Assembly (NCBI RefSeq): GCF_050920415.1
Contig: NZ_CP169309.1
Reading direction: 5' to 3' (one strand)
Source: Escherichia coli
Lineage (GTDB): Bacteria; Pseudomonadota; Gammaproteobacteria; Enterobacterales; Enterobacteriaceae
Length of the DNA stretch: 64,000 nt
Shown here: positions 21,754-34,659 of the stretch, in pieces
Layout: the number at the start of each line of letters is the position of its first letter
Position numbering within the stretch: position 1 is the stretch's first letter
Position numbers and translations under genes: made by a program
The notes under the pieces: generated by a model
What the model saw: only the letters and a program-made list of their open reading frames with translations
What the model was told of the DNA's origin: nothing
The model's database searches: none

Positions 21754-22275
21754 ATGGCAGAGAAACGCAATATCTTTCTGGTTGGGCCTATGGGTGCCGG
21801 AAAAAGCACTATTGGGCGCCAGTTAGCTCAACAACTCAATATGGAATTTTACGATTCCGATCAAGAGATTGAGAAACGAACCGGAGCTGATGTGGGCTGG
21901 GTTTTCGATTTAGAAGGCGAAGAAGGCTTCCGCGATCGCGAAGAAAAGGTCATCAATGAGTTGACCGAGAAACAGGGTATTGTGCTGGCTACTGGCGGCG
22001 GCTCTGTGAAATCCCGCGAAACGCGTAACCGTCTTTCCGCTCGTGGCGTTGTCGTTTATCTTGAAACGACCATCGAAAAGCAACTTGCACGCACGCAGCG
22101 TGATAAAAAACGCCCGTTGCTGCACGTTGAAACACCGCCGCGTGAAGTTCTGGAAGCGTTGGCCAATGAACGCAATCCGCTGTATGAAGAGATTGCCGAC
22201 GTGACCATTCGTACTGATGATCAAAGCGCTAAAGTGGTTGCAAACCAGATTATTCACATGCTGGAAAGCAACTAA
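21754..22275 (+). CDS. aroK: Shikimate kinase I
   Basis: ATG 21754; [26 protein letters not shown] with P-loop; 173 aa. The track ORF starts at an upstream in-frame codon. Confidence 0.95.
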   Translation: MAEKRNIFLVGPMGAGKSTIGRQLAQQLNMEFYDSDQEIEKRTGADVGWVFDLEGEEGFRDREEKVINELTEKQGIVLATGGGSVKSRETRNRLSARGVVVYLETTIEKQLARTQRDKKRPLLHVETPPREVLEALANERNPLYEEIADVTIRTDDQSAKVVANQIIHMLESN

Positions 22276-22331
22276 TTCTGGCTTTATATACACTCGTCTG
22301 CGGGTACAGTAATTAAGGTGGATGTCGCGTT

Positions 22332-23420
22332 ATGGAGAGGATTGTCGTTACTCTCGGGGAACGTAGTTACCCAATTACCATCGCATCTGGTTTGTTTAAT
22401 GAACCAGCTTCATTCTTACCGCTGAAATCGGGCGAGCAGGTTATGTTGGTCACCAACGAAACCCTGGCTCCTCTGTATCTCGATAAGGTCCGCGGCGTAC
22501 TTGAACAGGCGGGTGTTAACGTCGATAGCGTTATCCTCCCTGACGGCGAGCAGTATAAAAGCCTGGCTGTACTCGATACCGTCTTTACGGCATTGTTACA
22601 AAAGCCTCATGGTCGCGATACTACGCTGGTGGCGCTTGGCGGCGGCGTAGTGGGCGATCTGACCGGCTTCGCGGCGGCGAGTTATCAGCGTGGTGTACGT
22701 TTCATTCAAGTCCCGACGACGTTACTGTCGCAGGTCGATTCCTCCGTTGGCGGCAAAACCGCGGTCAACCATCCCCTCGGTAAAAACATGATTGGCGCGT
22801 TCTACCAGCCTGCTTCAGTGGTGGTGGATCTCGACTGTCTGAAAACGCTTCCCCCGCGTGAGTTAGCGTCGGGGCTGGCAGAAGTCATCAAATACGGCAT
22901 TATTCTTGACGGTGCGTTTTTCAACTGGCTGGAAGAGAATCTGGATGCGTTGTTGCGTCTGGACGGTCCGGCAATGGCGTACTGTATTCGCCGTTGTTGT
23001 GAACTGAAGGCAGAAGTTGTCGCTGCCGACGAGCGCGAAACCGGGTTACGTGCTTTACTGAATCTGGGACACACCTTTGGTCATGCCATTGAAGCTGAAA
23101 TGGGGTATGGCAATTGGTTACATGGTGAAGCGGTTGCTGCGGGTATGGTGATGGCGGCGCGGACGTCGGAACGTCTCGGGCAGTTCAGTTCTGCCGAAAC
23201 GCAGCGTATTATAACCCTGCTCACGCGGGCTGGGTTACCGGTCAATGGGCCGCGCGAAATGTCCGCGCAAGCGTATTTACCGCATATGCTGCGTGACAAG
23301 AAAGTCCTTGCGGGAGAGATGCGCTTAATTCTTCCGTTGGCAATTGGTAAGAGTGAAGTTCGCAGCGGCGTTTCGCACGAGCTTGTTCTTAACGCCATTG
23401 CCGATTGTCAATCAGCGTAA
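22332..23420 (+). CDS. aroB: 3-dehydroquinate synthase
   Basis: 362 aa [22 protein letters not shown]... Confidence 0.95.
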
Positions 23421-23511
23421 CAACAAGAAAGGTCAGGCCGCTTATCAAGCGGTCTATTAGCTTCAGGTTAATTGCAACGTGGTAAGCATTAACCTTTTAG
23501 TGGGGTGTTAA

Positions 23512-24789
23512 ATGGATGAATTCAAACCAGAAGACGAGCTGAAACCCGATCCCAGCGATCGTCGTACTGGTCGTTCTCGTCAATCTTCTGAGCGTACTGA
23601 ACGTGGCGAACCGCAGATCAATTTTGATGATATTGAACTTGATGACACTGACGATCGCCGTCCGACTCGTGCGCAAAAAGAGCGCAATGAGGAACCGGAA
23701 ATCGAAGAAGAAATTGACGAATCCGAAGATGAAACCGTGGATGAAGAGCGCGTAGAACGTCGTCCGCGTAAGCGCAAAAAAGCAGCCAGTAAACCCGCTT
23801 CTCGTCAGTATATGATGATGGGCGTCGGCATTCTGGTTCTCCTGCTGTTGATCATCGGTATCGGTTCTGCGCTAAAAGCCCCCTCGACCTCTTCCAGCGA
23901 TCAAACCGCGTCTGGCGAGAAGAGTATTGATCTTGCTGGCAATGCGACCGATCAGGCGAATGGCGTGCAGCCAGCGCCGGGAACCACGTCTGCGGAAAAT
24001 ACTCAGCAGGATGTTTCTCTGCCGCCGATCTCTTCTACGCCGACTCAAGGGCAAACCCCGGCGGCAACGGATGGTCAACAACGTGTTGAAGTGCAGGGTG
24101 ACCTGAACAATGCGCTGACCCAGCCACAAAATCAGCAACAGTTGAATAATGTGGCGGTCAATTCCACGTTGCCGACTGAACCCGCGACGGTCGCGCCTGT
24201 TCGCAATGGCAATGCATCGCGTGACACGGCGAAAACGCAAACCGCTGAACGTCCGGCCACTACGCGTCCAGCTCGCCAGCAGGCGGTGATTGAACCGAAA
24301 AAACCGCAAGCAACCGTGAAAACGGAACCGAAGCCGGTAGCACAGACGCCGAAGCGTACTGAACCAGCTGCTCCTGTGGCGAGCACGAAGGCACCGGCTG
24401 CGACCTCTACGCCAGCACCAAAAGAGACCGCAACTACGGCTCCAGTACAGACGGCATCCCCGGCGCAAACCACGGCAACACCAGCCGCTGGAGGGAAGAC
24501 CGCAGGTAATGTTGGTTCGTTGAAATCGGCACCGTCCAGCCATTACACTCTGCAGCTGAGCAGTTCCTCTAACTACGACAACCTGAACGGTTGGGCGAAG
24601 AAAGAGAATCTGAAAAACTACGTTGTCTATGAAACGACGCGTAATGGTCAGCCGTGGTATGTCCTGGTTTCTGGCGTGTACGCTTCGAAAGAAGAGGCGA
24701 AAAAAGCGGTATCTACATTGCCAGCAGATGTCCAGGCCAAAAACCCGTGGGCGAAACCGCTGCGTCAGGTACAGGCCGATCTGAAGTAA
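23512..24789 (+). CDS. damX: Cell division protein DamX (low-complexity linker, C-terminal SPOR domain)
   Basis: 425 aa; acidic N-terminus, TM, long Q/P/A/T-rich low-complexity region, C-terminal [23 protein letters not shown]... SPOR-like. Confidence 0.93.
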   Translation: MDEFKPEDELKPDPSDRRTGRSRQSSERTERGEPQINFDDIELDDTDDRRPTRAQKERNEEPEIEEEIDESEDETVDEERVERRPRKRKKAASKPASRQYMMMGVGILVLLLLIIGIGSALKAPSTSSSDQTASGEKSIDLAGNATDQANGVQPAPGTTSAENTQQDVSLPPISSTPTQGQTPAATDGQQRVEVQGDLNNALTQPQNQQQLNNVAVNSTLPTEPATVAPVRNGNASRDTAKTQTAERPATTRPARQQAVIEPKKPQATVKTEPKPVAQTPKRTEPAAPVASTKAPAATSTPAPKETATTAPVQTASPAQTTATPAAGGKTAGNVGSLKSAPSSHYTLQLSSSSNYDNLNGWAKKENLKNYVVYETTRNGQPWYVLVSGVYASKEEAKKAVSTLPADVQAKNPWAKPLRQVQADLK

Positions 24790-24895
24790 TCAAGGTTATC
24801 TCCCGCAATGGTTTATCATCGCGGGAGTTGCCTGAAGCGCTGGATGCTGTCGGAGCTTTCTCCACAGCCGGAGAAGGTGTAATTAGTTAGTCAGC

Positions 24896-25732
24896 ATGAA
24901 GAAAAATCGCGCTTTTTTGAAGTGGGCAGGGGGCAAGTATCCCCTGCTTGATGATATTAAACGGCATTTGCCCAAGGGCGAATGTCTGGTTGAGCCTTTT
25001 GTAGGTGCCGGGTCGGTGTTTCTCAACACCGACTTTTCTCGTTATATCCTTGCCGATATCAATAGCGACCTGATCAGTCTCTATAACATTGTGAAGATGC
25101 GTACTGATGAGTACGTACAGGCCGCACGCGAGCTGTTTGTTCCCGAAACAAATTGCGCCGAGGTTTACTATCAGTTCCGCGAAGAGTTCAACAAAAGCCA
25201 GGATCCGTTCCGTCGGGCGGTACTGTTTTTATATTTGAACCGCTACGGTTACAACGGCCTGTGTCGTTACAATCTGCGCGGTGAGTTTAACGTGCCGTTT
25301 GGCCGCTACAAAAAACCCTATTTCCCGGAAGCAGAGTTGTATCACTTCGCTGAAAAAGCGCAGAATGCCTTTTTCTATTGTGAGTCTTACGCCGATAGCA
25401 TGGCGCGCGCAGATGATGCATCCGTCGTCTATTGCGATCCGCCTTATGCGCCGCTGTCTGCGACCGCCAACTTTACGGCGTATCACACAAACAGTTTTAC
25501 GCTTGAACAACAAGCGCATCTGGCGGAGATCGCCGAAGGTCTGGTTGAGCGCCATATTCCAGTGCTGATCTCCAATCACGATACGATGTTAACGCGTGAG
25601 TGGTATCAGCGCGCAAAATTGCATGTCGTCAAAGTTCGACGCAGTATAAGCAGCAACGGCGGCACACGTAAAAAGGTGGACGAACTGCTGGCTTTGTACA
25701 AACCAGGAGTCGTTTCACCCGCGAAAAAATAA
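24896..25732 (+). CDS. dam: DNA adenine methyltransferase (GATC)
   Basis: 278 aa [44 protein letters not shown]..., catalytic DPPY. Confidence 0.96.
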
Positions 25733-25749
25733 TTCTCAAGGAGAAGCGG

Positions 25750-26427
25750 ATGAAACAGTATTTGATTGCCCCCTCAATTCTGTCGGCTGATTTTGCCCGC
25801 CTGGGTGAAGATACCGCAAAAGCCCTGGCAGCTGGCGCTGATGTCGTGCATTTTGACGTCATGGATAACCACTATGTTCCCAATCTGACGATTGGGCCGA
25901 TGGTGCTGAAATCTCTGCGTAATTATGGCATTACTGCCCCTATTGATGTGCATCTGATGGTGAAACCGGTCGATCGCATTGTGCCAGATTTCGCTGCCGC
26001 TGGTGCCAGCATCATAACCTTTCATCCAGAAGCCTCCGAGCATGTTGACCGCACGCTGCAACTGATTAAAGAAAATGGCTGTAAAGCGGGGCTGGTATTT
26101 AACCCGGCGACACCGCTGAGCTATCTGGATTACGTGATGGATAAGCTGGATGTGATCCTGCTGATGTCCGTCAACCCTGGTTTCGGCGGTCAGTCTTTCA
26201 TTCCTCAAACACTGGATAAACTGCGCGAAGTACGTCGTCGTATCGACGAGTCTGGCTTCGACATTCGACTGGAAGTGGACGGCGGCGTGAAGGTGAACAA
26301 CATTGGCGAAATCGCTGCGGCAGGTGCCGATATGTTCGTCGCTGGTTCGGCCATTTTCGATCAGCCAGACTACAAAAAGGTCATTGATGAAATGCGCAGT
26401 GAACTGGCAAAGGTAAGTCATGAATAA
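25750..26427 (+). CDS. rpe: Ribulose-phosphate 3-epimerase
   Basis: 225 aa [22 protein letters not shown]... Confidence 0.95.
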   Translation: MKQYLIAPSILSADFARLGEDTAKALAAGADVVHFDVMDNHYVPNLTIGPMVLKSLRNYGITAPIDVHLMVKPVDRIVPDFAAAGASIITFHPEASEHVDRTLQLIKENGCKAGLVFNPATPLSYLDYVMDKLDVILLMSVNPGFGGQSFIPQTLDKLREVRRRIDESGFDIRLEVDGGVKVNNIGEIAAAGADMFVAGSAIFDQPDYKKVIDEMRSELAKVSHE

Positions 26428-27178
26428 GTTTGAAGATATTCGCGGCGTCGCTTTTGATCTCGATGGTACGCTGGTGGACAGTGCTCCTGGTCTGGCTGCT
26501 GCGGTAGATATGGCGCTGTATGCGCTGGAGTTGCCCGTCGCAGGTGAAGAACGCGTTATTACCTGGATTGGTAATGGCGCAGATGTTCTGATGGAGCGTG
26601 CATTGACCTGGGCGCGTCAGGAACGTGCGACTCTGCGTAAAACAATGGGTAAACCGCCCGTTGATGACGACATTCCGGCAGAAGAACAGGTACGTATTCT
26701 GCGTAAACTGTTCGATCGCTACTATGGCGAGGTTGCCGAAGAGGGGACGTTTTTGTTCCCGCACGTTGCCGATACGCTTGGCGCATTGCAGGCAAAAGGC
26801 CTGCCGCTAGGTCTGGTCACCAACAAACCGACGCCGTTCGTCGCGCCACTGCTCGAAGCCTTAGATATCGCAAAATACTTTAGCGTGGTCATTGGCGGCG
26901 ATGATGTGCAAAACAAAAAACCGCATCCGGACCCACTGTTACTGGTGGCTGAGCGGATGGGCATTGCCCCACAACAGATGCTGTTTGTTGGCGACTCACG
27001 CAATGATATTCAGGCAGCAAAAGCAGCCGGTTGCCCTTCAGTTGGCTTAACCTACGGATATAACTACGGCGAGGCTATCGATCTTAGCCAGCCTGATGTA
27101 ATTTATCAGTCTATCAATGACCTTCTGCCCGCATTAGGGCTTCCGCATAGCGAAAATCAGGAATCGAAAAATGACTAA
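26420..27178 (+). CDS. gph: Phosphoglycolate phosphatase
   Basis: 252 aa, HAD motif [10 protein letters not shown]; overlaps rpe and trpS by 8 nt each. Confidence 0.94.
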   Translation: MNKFEDIRGVAFDLDGTLVDSAPGLAAAVDMALYALELPVAGEERVITWIGNGADVLMERALTWARQERATLRKTMGKPPVDDDIPAEEQVRILRKLFDRYYGEVAEEGTFLFPHVADTLGALQAKGLPLGLVTNKPTPFVAPLLEALDIAKYFSVVIGGDDVQNKKPHPDPLLLVAERMGIAPQQMLFVGDSRNDIQAAKAAGCPSVGLTYGYNYGEAIDLSQPDVIYQSINDLLPALGLPHSENQESKND

Positions 27179-28175
27179 GCCCATCGTTTTTAGTGGCGCA
27201 CAGCCCTCAGGTGAATTGACCATTGGTAACTACATGGGTGCGCTGCGTCAGTGGGTAAACATGCAGGATGACTACCATTGCATTTACTGTATCGTTGACC
27301 AACACGCGATCACCGTGCGCCAGGATGCACAGAAGCTGCGTAAAGCAACACTGGATACGCTGGCGTTGTATCTGGCTTGTGGTATCGATCCTGAGAAAAG
27401 CACCATTTTTGTTCAGTCCCACGTGCCGGAACATGCGCAGTTAGGCTGGGCACTGAACTGCTATACCTACTTCGGCGAACTGAGCCGCATGACGCAGTTT
27501 AAAGATAAATCTGCGCGTTATGCCGAGAATATCAACGCGGGTCTGTTTGATTATCCGGTGCTGATGGCGGCGGATATTCTACTGTATCAAACCAATCTGG
27601 TGCCGGTGGGTGAAGACCAGAAACAGCACCTGGAACTGAGCCGCGATATCGCTCAGCGTTTTAACGCGCTGTATGGCGATATTTTTAAAGTACCGGAGCC
27701 GTTTATTCCGAAATCTGGCGCGCGCGTAATGTCGCTGCTGGAGCCGACCAAGAAGATGTCCAAGTCTGACGATAACCGCAATAACGTTATCGGCCTGCTG
27801 GAAGATCCGAAATCGGTAGTGAAGAAAATCAAACGCGCGGTCACTGACTCCGACGAGCCGCCGGTAGTTCGCTACGATGTGCAGAATAAAGCGGGCGTTT
27901 CCAACCTGCTGGATATTCTTTCTGCGGTAACTGGCCAGAGTATCCCGGAACTGGAAAAACAGTTCGAAGGCAAGATGTATGGTCATCTGAAAGGCGAAGT
28001 GGCTGATGCCGTTTCCGGTATGCTGACTGAATTGCAGGAACGTTATCACCGTTTCCGCAACGATGAAGCCTTCCTGCAACAGGTGATGAAAGACGGCGCG
28101 GAAAAAGCCAGTGCACACGCTTCTCGTACGCTAAAAGCGGTGTACGAAGCGATTGGATTTGTGGCGAAGCCGTAA
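27171..28175 (+). CDS. trpS: Tryptophan--tRNA ligase
   Basis: 334 aa, class I motifs ([11 protein letters not shown]..., KMSKS). Confidence 0.96.
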   Translation: MTKPIVFSGAQPSGELTIGNYMGALRQWVNMQDDYHCIYCIVDQHAITVRQDAQKLRKATLDTLALYLACGIDPEKSTIFVQSHVPEHAQLGWALNCYTYFGELSRMTQFKDKSARYAENINAGLFDYPVLMAADILLYQTNLVPVGEDQKQHLELSRDIAQRFNALYGDIFKVPEPFIPKSGARVMSLLEPTKKMSKSDDNRNNVIGLLEDPKSVVKKIKRAVTDSDEPPVVRYDVQNKAGVSNLLDILSAVTGQSIPELEKQFEGKMYGHLKGEVADAVSGMLTELQERYHRFRNDEAFLQQVMKDGAEKASAHASRTLKAVYEAIGFVAKP

Positions 28176-28191
28176 TTTAACATTAATGCCA

Positions 28192-28217
28192 AAAACCGGG
28201 GGAACCCGGTTTTTTTA
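28192..28217 (+). terminator. Intrinsic terminator after trpS
   Basis: AAAAACCGGG-GGAA-CCCGGTTTTTTT. Confidence 0.8.
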
Positions 28218-28335
28218 TCCTCTTTTTGCAATAATCCGAAAAAATGTGAAGCGCCTCGCCATTTTCATATCTCACAGTTGCCACTTATCTTCAATTTAAT
28301 GAAGATATAAATATTCACTTTATTGAAAATTTACT

Positions 28336-29241
28336 ATGCGTCGAACGTTTATCAAAAAAGAAGGCGTCGTCATCACGACACTGGCCCGTTATTTGTTGGG
28401 TGAAAAGTGCGGTAATCGACTGAAAACCATAGATGAACTGGCAACTGAATGCCATTCATCGGTTGGTCTGACACAGGCCGCGTTGAAAACGCTGGAATCA
28501 AGCGGAGCGATACGGATAGAACGCCGTGGGCGCAATGGCAGTTATCTGGTGGAAATGGATAACAAAGCGCTGCTGAGTCATGTGGATATCAATAACGTTG
28601 TGTGTGCCATGCCTTTGCCCTATACCCGCTTGTACGAAGGTTTAGCAAGCGGGCTGAAAGCCCAGTTTGATGGCATTCCTTTTTACTATGCGCATATGCG
28701 CGGCGCGGATATTCGCGTGGAGTGTTTGCTTAACGGTGTCTATGACATGGCGGTGGTTTCCCGACTGGCGGCAGAAAGTTATCTCACGCAAAAAGGCTTA
28801 TGCCTCGCGCTGGAGTTGGGGCCGCATACCTACGTTGGTGAGCATCAGTTGATTTGCCGTAAAGGGGAGTCTGCAAAGGTGAAACGCGTGGGGCTGGATA
28901 ACCGTTCGGCGGATCAGAAAATTATGACCGATGTCTTTTTTGGCAGTAGCGATGTAGAACGTGTCGATCTCTCATATCACGAGAGTTTACAACGCATTGT
29001 TAAAGGCGATGTCGATGCGGTGATCTGGAATGTGGTAGCGGAGAGCGAACTGGCCATGCTGGGATTAGAAGCGATGCCACTGACGAACGATCTGCGATTT
29101 TTACAGGCTACTGAAGCCGTGATACTAACGCGTGCCGATGATTACCCAATGCAACAACTGCTGCGTGCAGTGGTTGATAAACAGGCCCTGCTTGCCCATC
29201 AACAACGAGTGGTGAGTGGGGAACAGGAACCCAGTTATTAA
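28336..29241 (+). CDS. yhfZ: Putative regulator YhfZ (first gene of the cryptic yhfZ-yhfS cluster)
   Basis: 301 aa; matches the E. coli gene downstream of trpS. Confidence 0.85.
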   Translation: MRRTFIKKEGVVITTLARYLLGEKCGNRLKTIDELATECHSSVGLTQAALKTLESSGAIRIERRGRNGSYLVEMDNKALLSHVDINNVVCAMPLPYTRLYEGLASGLKAQFDGIPFYYAHMRGADIRVECLLNGVYDMAVVSRLAAESYLTQKGLCLALELGPHTYVGEHQLICRKGESAKVKRVGLDNRSADQKIMTDVFFGSSDVERVDLSYHESLQRIVKGDVDAVIWNVVAESELAMLGLEAMPLTNDLRFLQATEAVILTRADDYPMQQLLRAVVDKQALLAHQQRVVSGEQEPSY

Positions 29242-29257
29242 ATGAAAGGCATCTGAA

Positions 29258-29620
29258 ATGGAAACCAGACTCAACCTGCTTTGCGAGGCAGGCGTTATTG
29301 ATAAGGACATCTGCAAAGGCATGATGCAGGTCGTCAAGGTACTGGAAACCGAATGCCATTTGCCAGTGCGCAGCGAGCAAGGAATGATGGCGATGACACA
29401 TATGGCGAGCGCACTGATGCGCAGTCGCCGTGGTGAAGAAATAGAGCCGCTGGATAACGAATTGCTGGCAGAGCTGGCGCAATCCAGCCACTGGTCAGCC
29501 ATTTTACAATTGCATCAGGTGTTGTTGAAGGAATTCGCACTGGAAGTTAACCCGTGTGAAGAAGGCTATTTGCTGGCCAACCTTTATGGATTATGGATGG
29601 CTGCTAACGAAGAGGTTTGA
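29258..29620 (+). CDS. yhfY: Uncharacterized protein YhfY
   Basis: 120 aa METRLNLLCEAGVIDKDICKGMM... Confidence 0.85.
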   Translation: METRLNLLCEAGVIDKDICKGMMQVVKVLETECHLPVRSEQGMMAMTHMASALMRSRRGEEIEPLDNELLAELAQSSHWSAILQLHQVLLKEFALEVNPCEEGYLLANLYGLWMAANEEV

Positions 29621-29703
29621 GGCTCCCGACAAATCCACGTCGCACAACCTAAATATTCAAAAAAATGAATATTTAATTCAAGGAACAGAAACGAGGCAAC
29701 AAG

Positions 29704-30867
29704 ATGTTTGTAGAAGCATTGAAACGCCAGAACCCGGCACTGATTTCCGCCGCACTAAGATTGTGGCAACAGGGCAAGATCGCCCCGGACAGTTGGGTAA
29801 TCGACGTCGATCAGATACTGGAAAACGGTAAGCGGCTGATTGAGACGGCGCGGCTTTACGGCATTGAACTGTATCTGATGACCAAGCAGTTTGGTCGTAA
29901 TCCGTGGCTGGCAGAAAAACTGCTGGCGCTGGGTTACAGCGGCATTGTGGCGGTGGATTACAAAGAGGCACGAATCATGCGCCGCGCAGGTTTACCGGTG
30001 GCGCATCAGGGGCATCTGGTACAAATCCCTTGTCATCAGGTTGCTGACGCCGTTGAACAGGGCACCGACGTCATCACCGTGTTTACACTCGACAAAGCGC
30101 GGGAAGTTTCTGCGGCAGCGGTGACGGCCGGGCGGGTCCAGCCTGTGCTGCTCAAAGTTTATAGCGACGATGATTTTCTTTATCCGGGGCAGGAGAGCGG
30201 TTTTGCACAGCATTCGCTGCATGAGGTGGTTGCTGAAATCCAGAAACTACCGGGGTTACATTTAGCCGGATTAACCCATTTCCCTTGCCTGCTATGGGAT
30301 GAGGCTGCCGGGAAAGTTTTGCCAACACCGAACCTCCAGACGCTGGTCAATGCTCGTAACCAACTTCTGAAGTCTGGAGTTGTACTTGAGCAATTAAACG
30401 CGCCTTCAGCGACCAGCTGCACTTCGCTGCCATTACTGGCGGAATACGGTGTGACTCATGCCGAACCCGGCCATGCGCTGACGGGGACGATTCCGGCAAA
30501 CCAGCAGGGCGACCAACCTGAACGTATCGCCATGCTTTGGCTGAGCGAAATTTCCCATCACTTCCGTGGCGACAGCTACTGCTACGGCGGCGGTTATTAC
30601 CGTCGTGGTCACGCGCAACATGCGCTGGTGTTTACGCCAGAAAATCAAAGCATTACTGAAACATATCTCAAAGCCGTAGATGACAGCAGTATCGACTACA
30701 CCCTGCCGCTGGCAGGCGAGCATTCGGTAAGCAGTGCTGTGGTGCTCTGCTTTCGCACGCAGATTTTTGTCAGCCGTAGCGATGTGGTGCTGGTATCGGG
30801 TATTCAGCGCGGCGCGGCAGAAATTGTGGGGCGTTATGACAGCCTCGGTAACCCTCTGGAGGCGTAA
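29704..30867 (+). CDS. yhfX: Uncharacterized YhfX (alanine-racemase-fold PLP enzyme family)
   Basis: 387 aa; stop overlaps the yhfW start. Confidence 0.85.
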   Translation: MFVEALKRQNPALISAALRLWQQGKIAPDSWVIDVDQILENGKRLIETARLYGIELYLMTKQFGRNPWLAEKLLALGYSGIVAVDYKEARIMRRAGLPVAHQGHLVQIPCHQVADAVEQGTDVITVFTLDKAREVSAAAVTAGRVQPVLLKVYSDDDFLYPGQESGFAQHSLHEVVAEIQKLPGLHLAGLTHFPCLLWDEAAGKVLPTPNLQTLVNARNQLLKSGVVLEQLNAPSATSCTSLPLLAEYGVTHAEPGHALTGTIPANQQGDQPERIAMLWLSEISHHFRGDSYCYGGGYYRRGHAQHALVFTPENQSITETYLKAVDDSSIDYTLPLAGEHSVSSAVVLCFRTQIFVSRSDVVLVSGIQRGAAEIVGRYDSLGNPLEA

Positions 30868-32093
30868 TGGCGCGATTTGTGGTGTTAGTGATTGATAGCT
30901 TTGGCGTAGGCGCAATGAAAGATGTCACGTTGGTGCGCCCACAGGATGCCGGGGCGAATACCTGTGGTCACATCCTGAGCCAGTTGCCGCATTTGCAGCT
31001 ACCAACGCTGGAGAAAATGGGGCTAATCAACGCATTAGGTTATGCGCCAGGCGATATGCAGCCGTCAGACTCCGCAACCTGGGGCGTGGCAGAGTTGCAA
31101 CATGAAGGTGGCGACACCTTTATGGGGCATCAGGAAATTTTAGGCACGCGCCCGTTACCGCCGCTGCGGATGCCCTTTCGCGATGTGATTGACCGTGTTG
31201 AACAGGCATTAGTCACCGCTGGCTGGCGGGTTGAGCGCCGTGGCGAAGAGTTGCAATTTCTGTGGATTAATCAGTCGGTTGCCATTGGCGATAACCTCGA
31301 GGCGGATTTAGGCCAGGTCTATAACATCACCGCCAATCTCTCTGCGATCTCTTTTGACGACGCAATCAAAATTGGTCGTATCGTGCGTGAGCAGGTACCG
31401 GTCGGTCGGGTCATTACATTTGGCGGCCTGTTAACCGACAGCCAGCGCATTCTCGATGCGGCTGAAAGTAAAGAAGGGCGCTTTATTGGCATAAATGCGC
31501 CGCGTTCTGGCGCTTATGACAATGGCTTCCAGGTCGTACATATGGGCTACGGCGTCGATGAAAAAGTGCAGGTGCCGCACCAACTGCATCAAGTGGGCGT
31601 GCCCACGGTGCTGGTGGGTAAGGTGGCAGATATCGTCAGCAATCCTTATGGCGTGAGCTGGCAAAACCTGGTGGATAGCCAGCGGATTATGGATGTCACC
31701 CTTGACGAATTTAACACGCATCAGACGGCGTTTATTTGCACCAATATCCAGGAAACCGACCTCGCTGGTCACGCAGAAGACGTCGCACGTTATGCCGAAC
31801 GTTTGCAGGTCGTTGACCGTAACCTTGTCCGGCTTGTTGAGGCGATGCAGCCAGATGATTGCCTGGTCGTGATGGCGGATCACGGTAACGATCCGACCAT
31901 TGGTCACAGCCACCATACCCGTGAAGTAGTGCCAGTGCTGGTTTATCAGCAAGGGCTGGTCCACACGCAACTCGGTGTGCGCACCACGCTTTCTGATGTG
32001 GGGGCTACCGTGTGTGAATTTTTCCGTGCGCCACCGCCACAAAATGGTCGCTCTTTTCTTTCCTCCCTCCGGTTTGCAGGAGACACCCTATGA
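30867..32093 (+). CDS. yhfW: Uncharacterized YhfW (phosphopentomutase/metalloenzyme-like)
   Basis: 408 aa; ATGA overlap with php. Confidence 0.85.
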   Translation: MARFVVLVIDSFGVGAMKDVTLVRPQDAGANTCGHILSQLPHLQLPTLEKMGLINALGYAPGDMQPSDSATWGVAELQHEGGDTFMGHQEILGTRPLPPLRMPFRDVIDRVEQALVTAGWRVERRGEELQFLWINQSVAIGDNLEADLGQVYNITANLSAISFDDAIKIGRIVREQVPVGRVITFGGLLTDSQRILDAAESKEGRFIGINAPRSGAYDNGFQVVHMGYGVDEKVQVPHQLHQVGVPTVLVGKVADIVSNPYGVSWQNLVDSQRIMDVTLDEFNTHQTAFICTNIQETDLAGHAEDVARYAERLQVVDRNLVRLVEAMQPDDCLVVMADHGNDPTIGHSHHTREVVPVLVYQQGLVHTQLGVRTTLSDVGATVCEFFRAPPPQNGRSFLSSLRFAGDTL

Positions 32094-32968
32094 GTTTTGA
32101 TCCGACGGGCTTCACCCTCGCCCATGAGCATCTGCATATTGATCTCTCCGGCTTTAAAAACAACGTGGACTGCCGCCTTGATCAGTATGCGTTCATTTGC
32201 CAGGAGATGAACGACCTGATGGCACTGGGGGTGCGTAATGTGATTGAGATGACCAACCGTTACATGGGGCGCAATGCACAATTTATGCTCGATGTAATGC
32301 ACGAGACGGGGATCAACGTGGTGGCCTGCACCGGTTATTACCAGGACGCGTTTTTCCCGCAACATGTGGCGACCCGCAGTGTGCAGGAACTGGCGCAGGA
32401 GATGGTCGATGAAATTGAACAGGGTATCGATGGCACGGAGCTGAAAGCCGGGATCATCGCGGAGATCGGCTCCAGCGAAGGAAAGATTACGCCGCTGGAA
32501 GAGAAAGTTTTTATTGCCGCCGCGCTGGCACATAACCAGACCGGACGCTCGATCTCCACGCATACGTCGTTCAGCACGATGGGGCTGGAGCAATTGGCTC
32601 TGTTGCAAGCCCACGGAGTTGATCTTTCGCGCGTCACCGTTGGTCACTGCGATCTGAAAGACAACCTCGACAACATTTTGAAGATGATCGATCTCGGCGC
32701 CTATGTACAGTTCGACACCATTGGCAAGAACAGTTACTACCCGGACGAAAAGCGCATTGTGATGCTTCATGCGCTACGCGACCGTGGGTTGCTGAACCGC
32801 GTCATGCTGTCGATGGATATTACGCGCCGCTCTCATTTAAAAGCCAACGGTGGTTATGGCTATGACTATTTATTAACCACCTTTATTCCGCAATTGCGCC
32901 AGTCAGGATTCAGTCAGGCCGATGTGGATGTGATGTTACGTGAAAATCCCTCTCAATTTTTCCAATAA
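32090..32968 (+). CDS. php: Phosphotriesterase homology protein
   Basis: 292 aa [22 protein letters not shown] (HxH metal-binding motif of the amidohydrolase/PTE family). Confidence 0.9.
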   Translation: MSFDPTGFTLAHEHLHIDLSGFKNNVDCRLDQYAFICQEMNDLMALGVRNVIEMTNRYMGRNAQFMLDVMHETGINVVACTGYYQDAFFPQHVATRSVQELAQEMVDEIEQGIDGTELKAGIIAEIGSSEGKITPLEEKVFIAAALAHNQTGRSISTHTSFSTMGLEQLALLQAHGVDLSRVTVGHCDLKDNLDNILKMIDLGAYVQFDTIGKNSYYPDEKRIVMLHALRDRGLLNRVMLSMDITRRSHLKANGGYGYDYLLTTFIPQLRQSGFSQADVDVMLRENPSQFFQ

Positions 32969-32978
32969 GGACAGACTC

Positions 32979-33332
32979 ATGAAAAAGATTGGTGTTGCAG
33001 GCTTACAGCGTGAGCAGATTAAAAAAACCATTGAAGCGACGGCTCCTGGCTGTTTTGAAGTTTTCATTCATAACGACATGGAAGCGGCGATGAAGGTGAA
33101 ATCCGGGCAACTGGATTACTACATCGGCGCGTGTAATACCGGTGCGGGCGCGGCATTGTCGATTGCCATCGCGGTGATTGGCTATAACAAAAGTTGCACC
33201 ATTGCCAAGCCGGGCATTAAAGCGAAAGACGAGCATATCGCCAAAATGATCGCCGAAGGGAAAGTGGCGTTTGGGCTTTCCGTTGAGCACGTCGAACATG
33301 CGATTCCGATGCTGATTAACCATCTGAAATAA
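32979..33332 (+). CDS. yhfU: Uncharacterized protein YhfU
   Basis: MKKIGVAGLQREQIKKTIEA...; 117 aa. The track ORF starts upstream inside php. Confidence 0.82.
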   Translation: MKKIGVAGLQREQIKKTIEATAPGCFEVFIHNDMEAAMKVKSGQLDYYIGACNTGAGAALSIAIAVIGYNKSCTIAKPGIKAKDEHIAKMIAEGKVAFGLSVEHVEHAIPMLINHLK

Positions 33333-33343
33333 AAGGCACGACT

Positions 33344-34648
33344 ATGGATCTGTATATTCAGATTATCGTGGTGGCGTGCCTGACGGGTATGACATCGCTT
33401 CTGGCGCATCGCTCGGCAGCCGTTTTTCATGACGGTATCCGCCCGATCCTGCCGCAACTGATTGAAGGCTATATGAACCGTCGTGAGGCGGGGAGTATCG
33501 CTTTTGGTCTGAGCATTGGTTTTGTGGCCTCGGTGGGGATCTCTTTTACCCTGAAAACCGGGTTGCTCAACGCATGGTTACTCTTTCTTCCTACCGATAT
33601 CCTCGGCGTACTGGCGATAAACAGCCTGATGGCGTTTGGCCTTGGTGCACTCTGGGGCGTACTGATCCTCACCTGCCTGCTGCCGGTAAACCAGCTGCTG
33701 ACCGCGCTACCGGTGGATGTATTAGGTAGTCTGGGGGAATTAAGCTCGCCAGTGGTTTCAGCTTTTGCACTGTTCCCGTTGGTGGCGATTTTCTACCAGT
33801 TTGGCTGGAAGCAAAGTCTGATCGCCGCCGTGGTAGTGTTGATGACCCGTGTGGTGGTAGTGCGCTATTTCCCGCATCTCAATCCGGAATCCATCGAAAT
33901 CTTTATTGGCATGGTGATGCTGCTGGGGATCGCGATAACTCACGACCTGCGTCATCGTGATGAAAATGATATTGATGCCAGCGGGCTTTCGGTGTTTGAA
34001 GAACGCACGTCGCGGATTATCAAAAACTTACCGTATATCGCCATCGTAGGGGCGCTGATTGCCGCAGTTGCCAGCATGAAGATTTTTGCTGGTAGTGAAG
34101 TGTCGATCTTCACCCTGGAGAAAGCATATTCCGCAGGCGTTACACCGGAGCAATCGCAAACGCTGATCAACCAGGCGGCGCTGGCGGAATTTATGCGCGG
34201 GCTGGGCTTTGTGCCGTTGATTGCCACCACCGCGTTAGCAACAGGTGTGTATGCCGTTGCGGGCTTTACCTTTGTTTATGCGGTGGGCTATCTCTCTCCG
34301 AATCCGATGGTTGCGGCGGTATTAGGCGCAGTGGTTATTTCGGCAGAAGTCCTGTTACTTCGTTCGATCGGCAAATGGCTGGGACGCTACCCATCGGTAC
34401 GTAATGCGTCGGATAACATCCGTAACGCCATGAATATGCTGATGGAAGTGGCTCTGCTGGTCGGTTCTATTTTCGCAGCAATTAAGATGGCGGGCTATAC
34501 CGGATTCTCCATCGCGGTTGCCATTTACTTCCTCAACGAATCCCTGGGCCGTCCGGTACAGAAAATGGCGGCACCGGTCGTAGCCGTAATGATCACCGGC
34601 ATCCTGCTGAATGTTCTTTACTGGCTTGGTCTGTTCGTTCCGGCTTAA
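33344..34648 (+). CDS. yhfT: Inner membrane protein YhfT (multi-pass)
   Basis: 434 aa, many hydrophobic helices. Confidence 0.86.
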   Translation: MDLYIQIIVVACLTGMTSLLAHRSAAVFHDGIRPILPQLIEGYMNRREAGSIAFGLSIGFVASVGISFTLKTGLLNAWLLFLPTDILGVLAINSLMAFGLGALWGVLILTCLLPVNQLLTALPVDVLGSLGELSSPVVSAFALFPLVAIFYQFGWKQSLIAAVVVLMTRVVVVRYFPHLNPESIEIFIGMVMLLGIAITHDLRHRDENDIDASGLSVFEERTSRIIKNLPYIAIVGALIAAVASMKIFAGSEVSIFTLEKAYSAGVTPEQSQTLINQAALAEFMRGLGFVPLIATTALATGVYAVAGFTFVYAVGYLSPNPMVAAVLGAVVISAEVLLLRSIGKWLGRYPSVRNASDNIRNAMNMLMEVALLVGSIFAAIKMAGYTGFSIAVAIYFLNESLGRPVQKMAAPVVAVMITGILLNVLYWLGLFVPA

Positions 34649-34659
34649 GGAAGGTACCT

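Noticed and set aside
23872-24543. 223-codon Arg/Cys-rich minus-strand ORF (and nested 24132-24473)
   Set aside because: Antisense to the GC-rich low-complexity region of damX; the composition mirrors the sense-strand repeats.
25774-26421. 215-codon minus-strand ORF
   Set aside because: Antisense to rpe, whose plus frame gives a ribulose-phosphate epimerase; no start context, and the product is His/Gln-rich and implausible.
27579-28118. 179-codon minus-strand ORF
   Set aside because: Antisense to trpS.
31431-32770. Minus-strand ORFs of 203 and 274 codons
   Set aside because: Antisense to yhfW and php, which have coherent plus-strand frames with operon-style overlaps.
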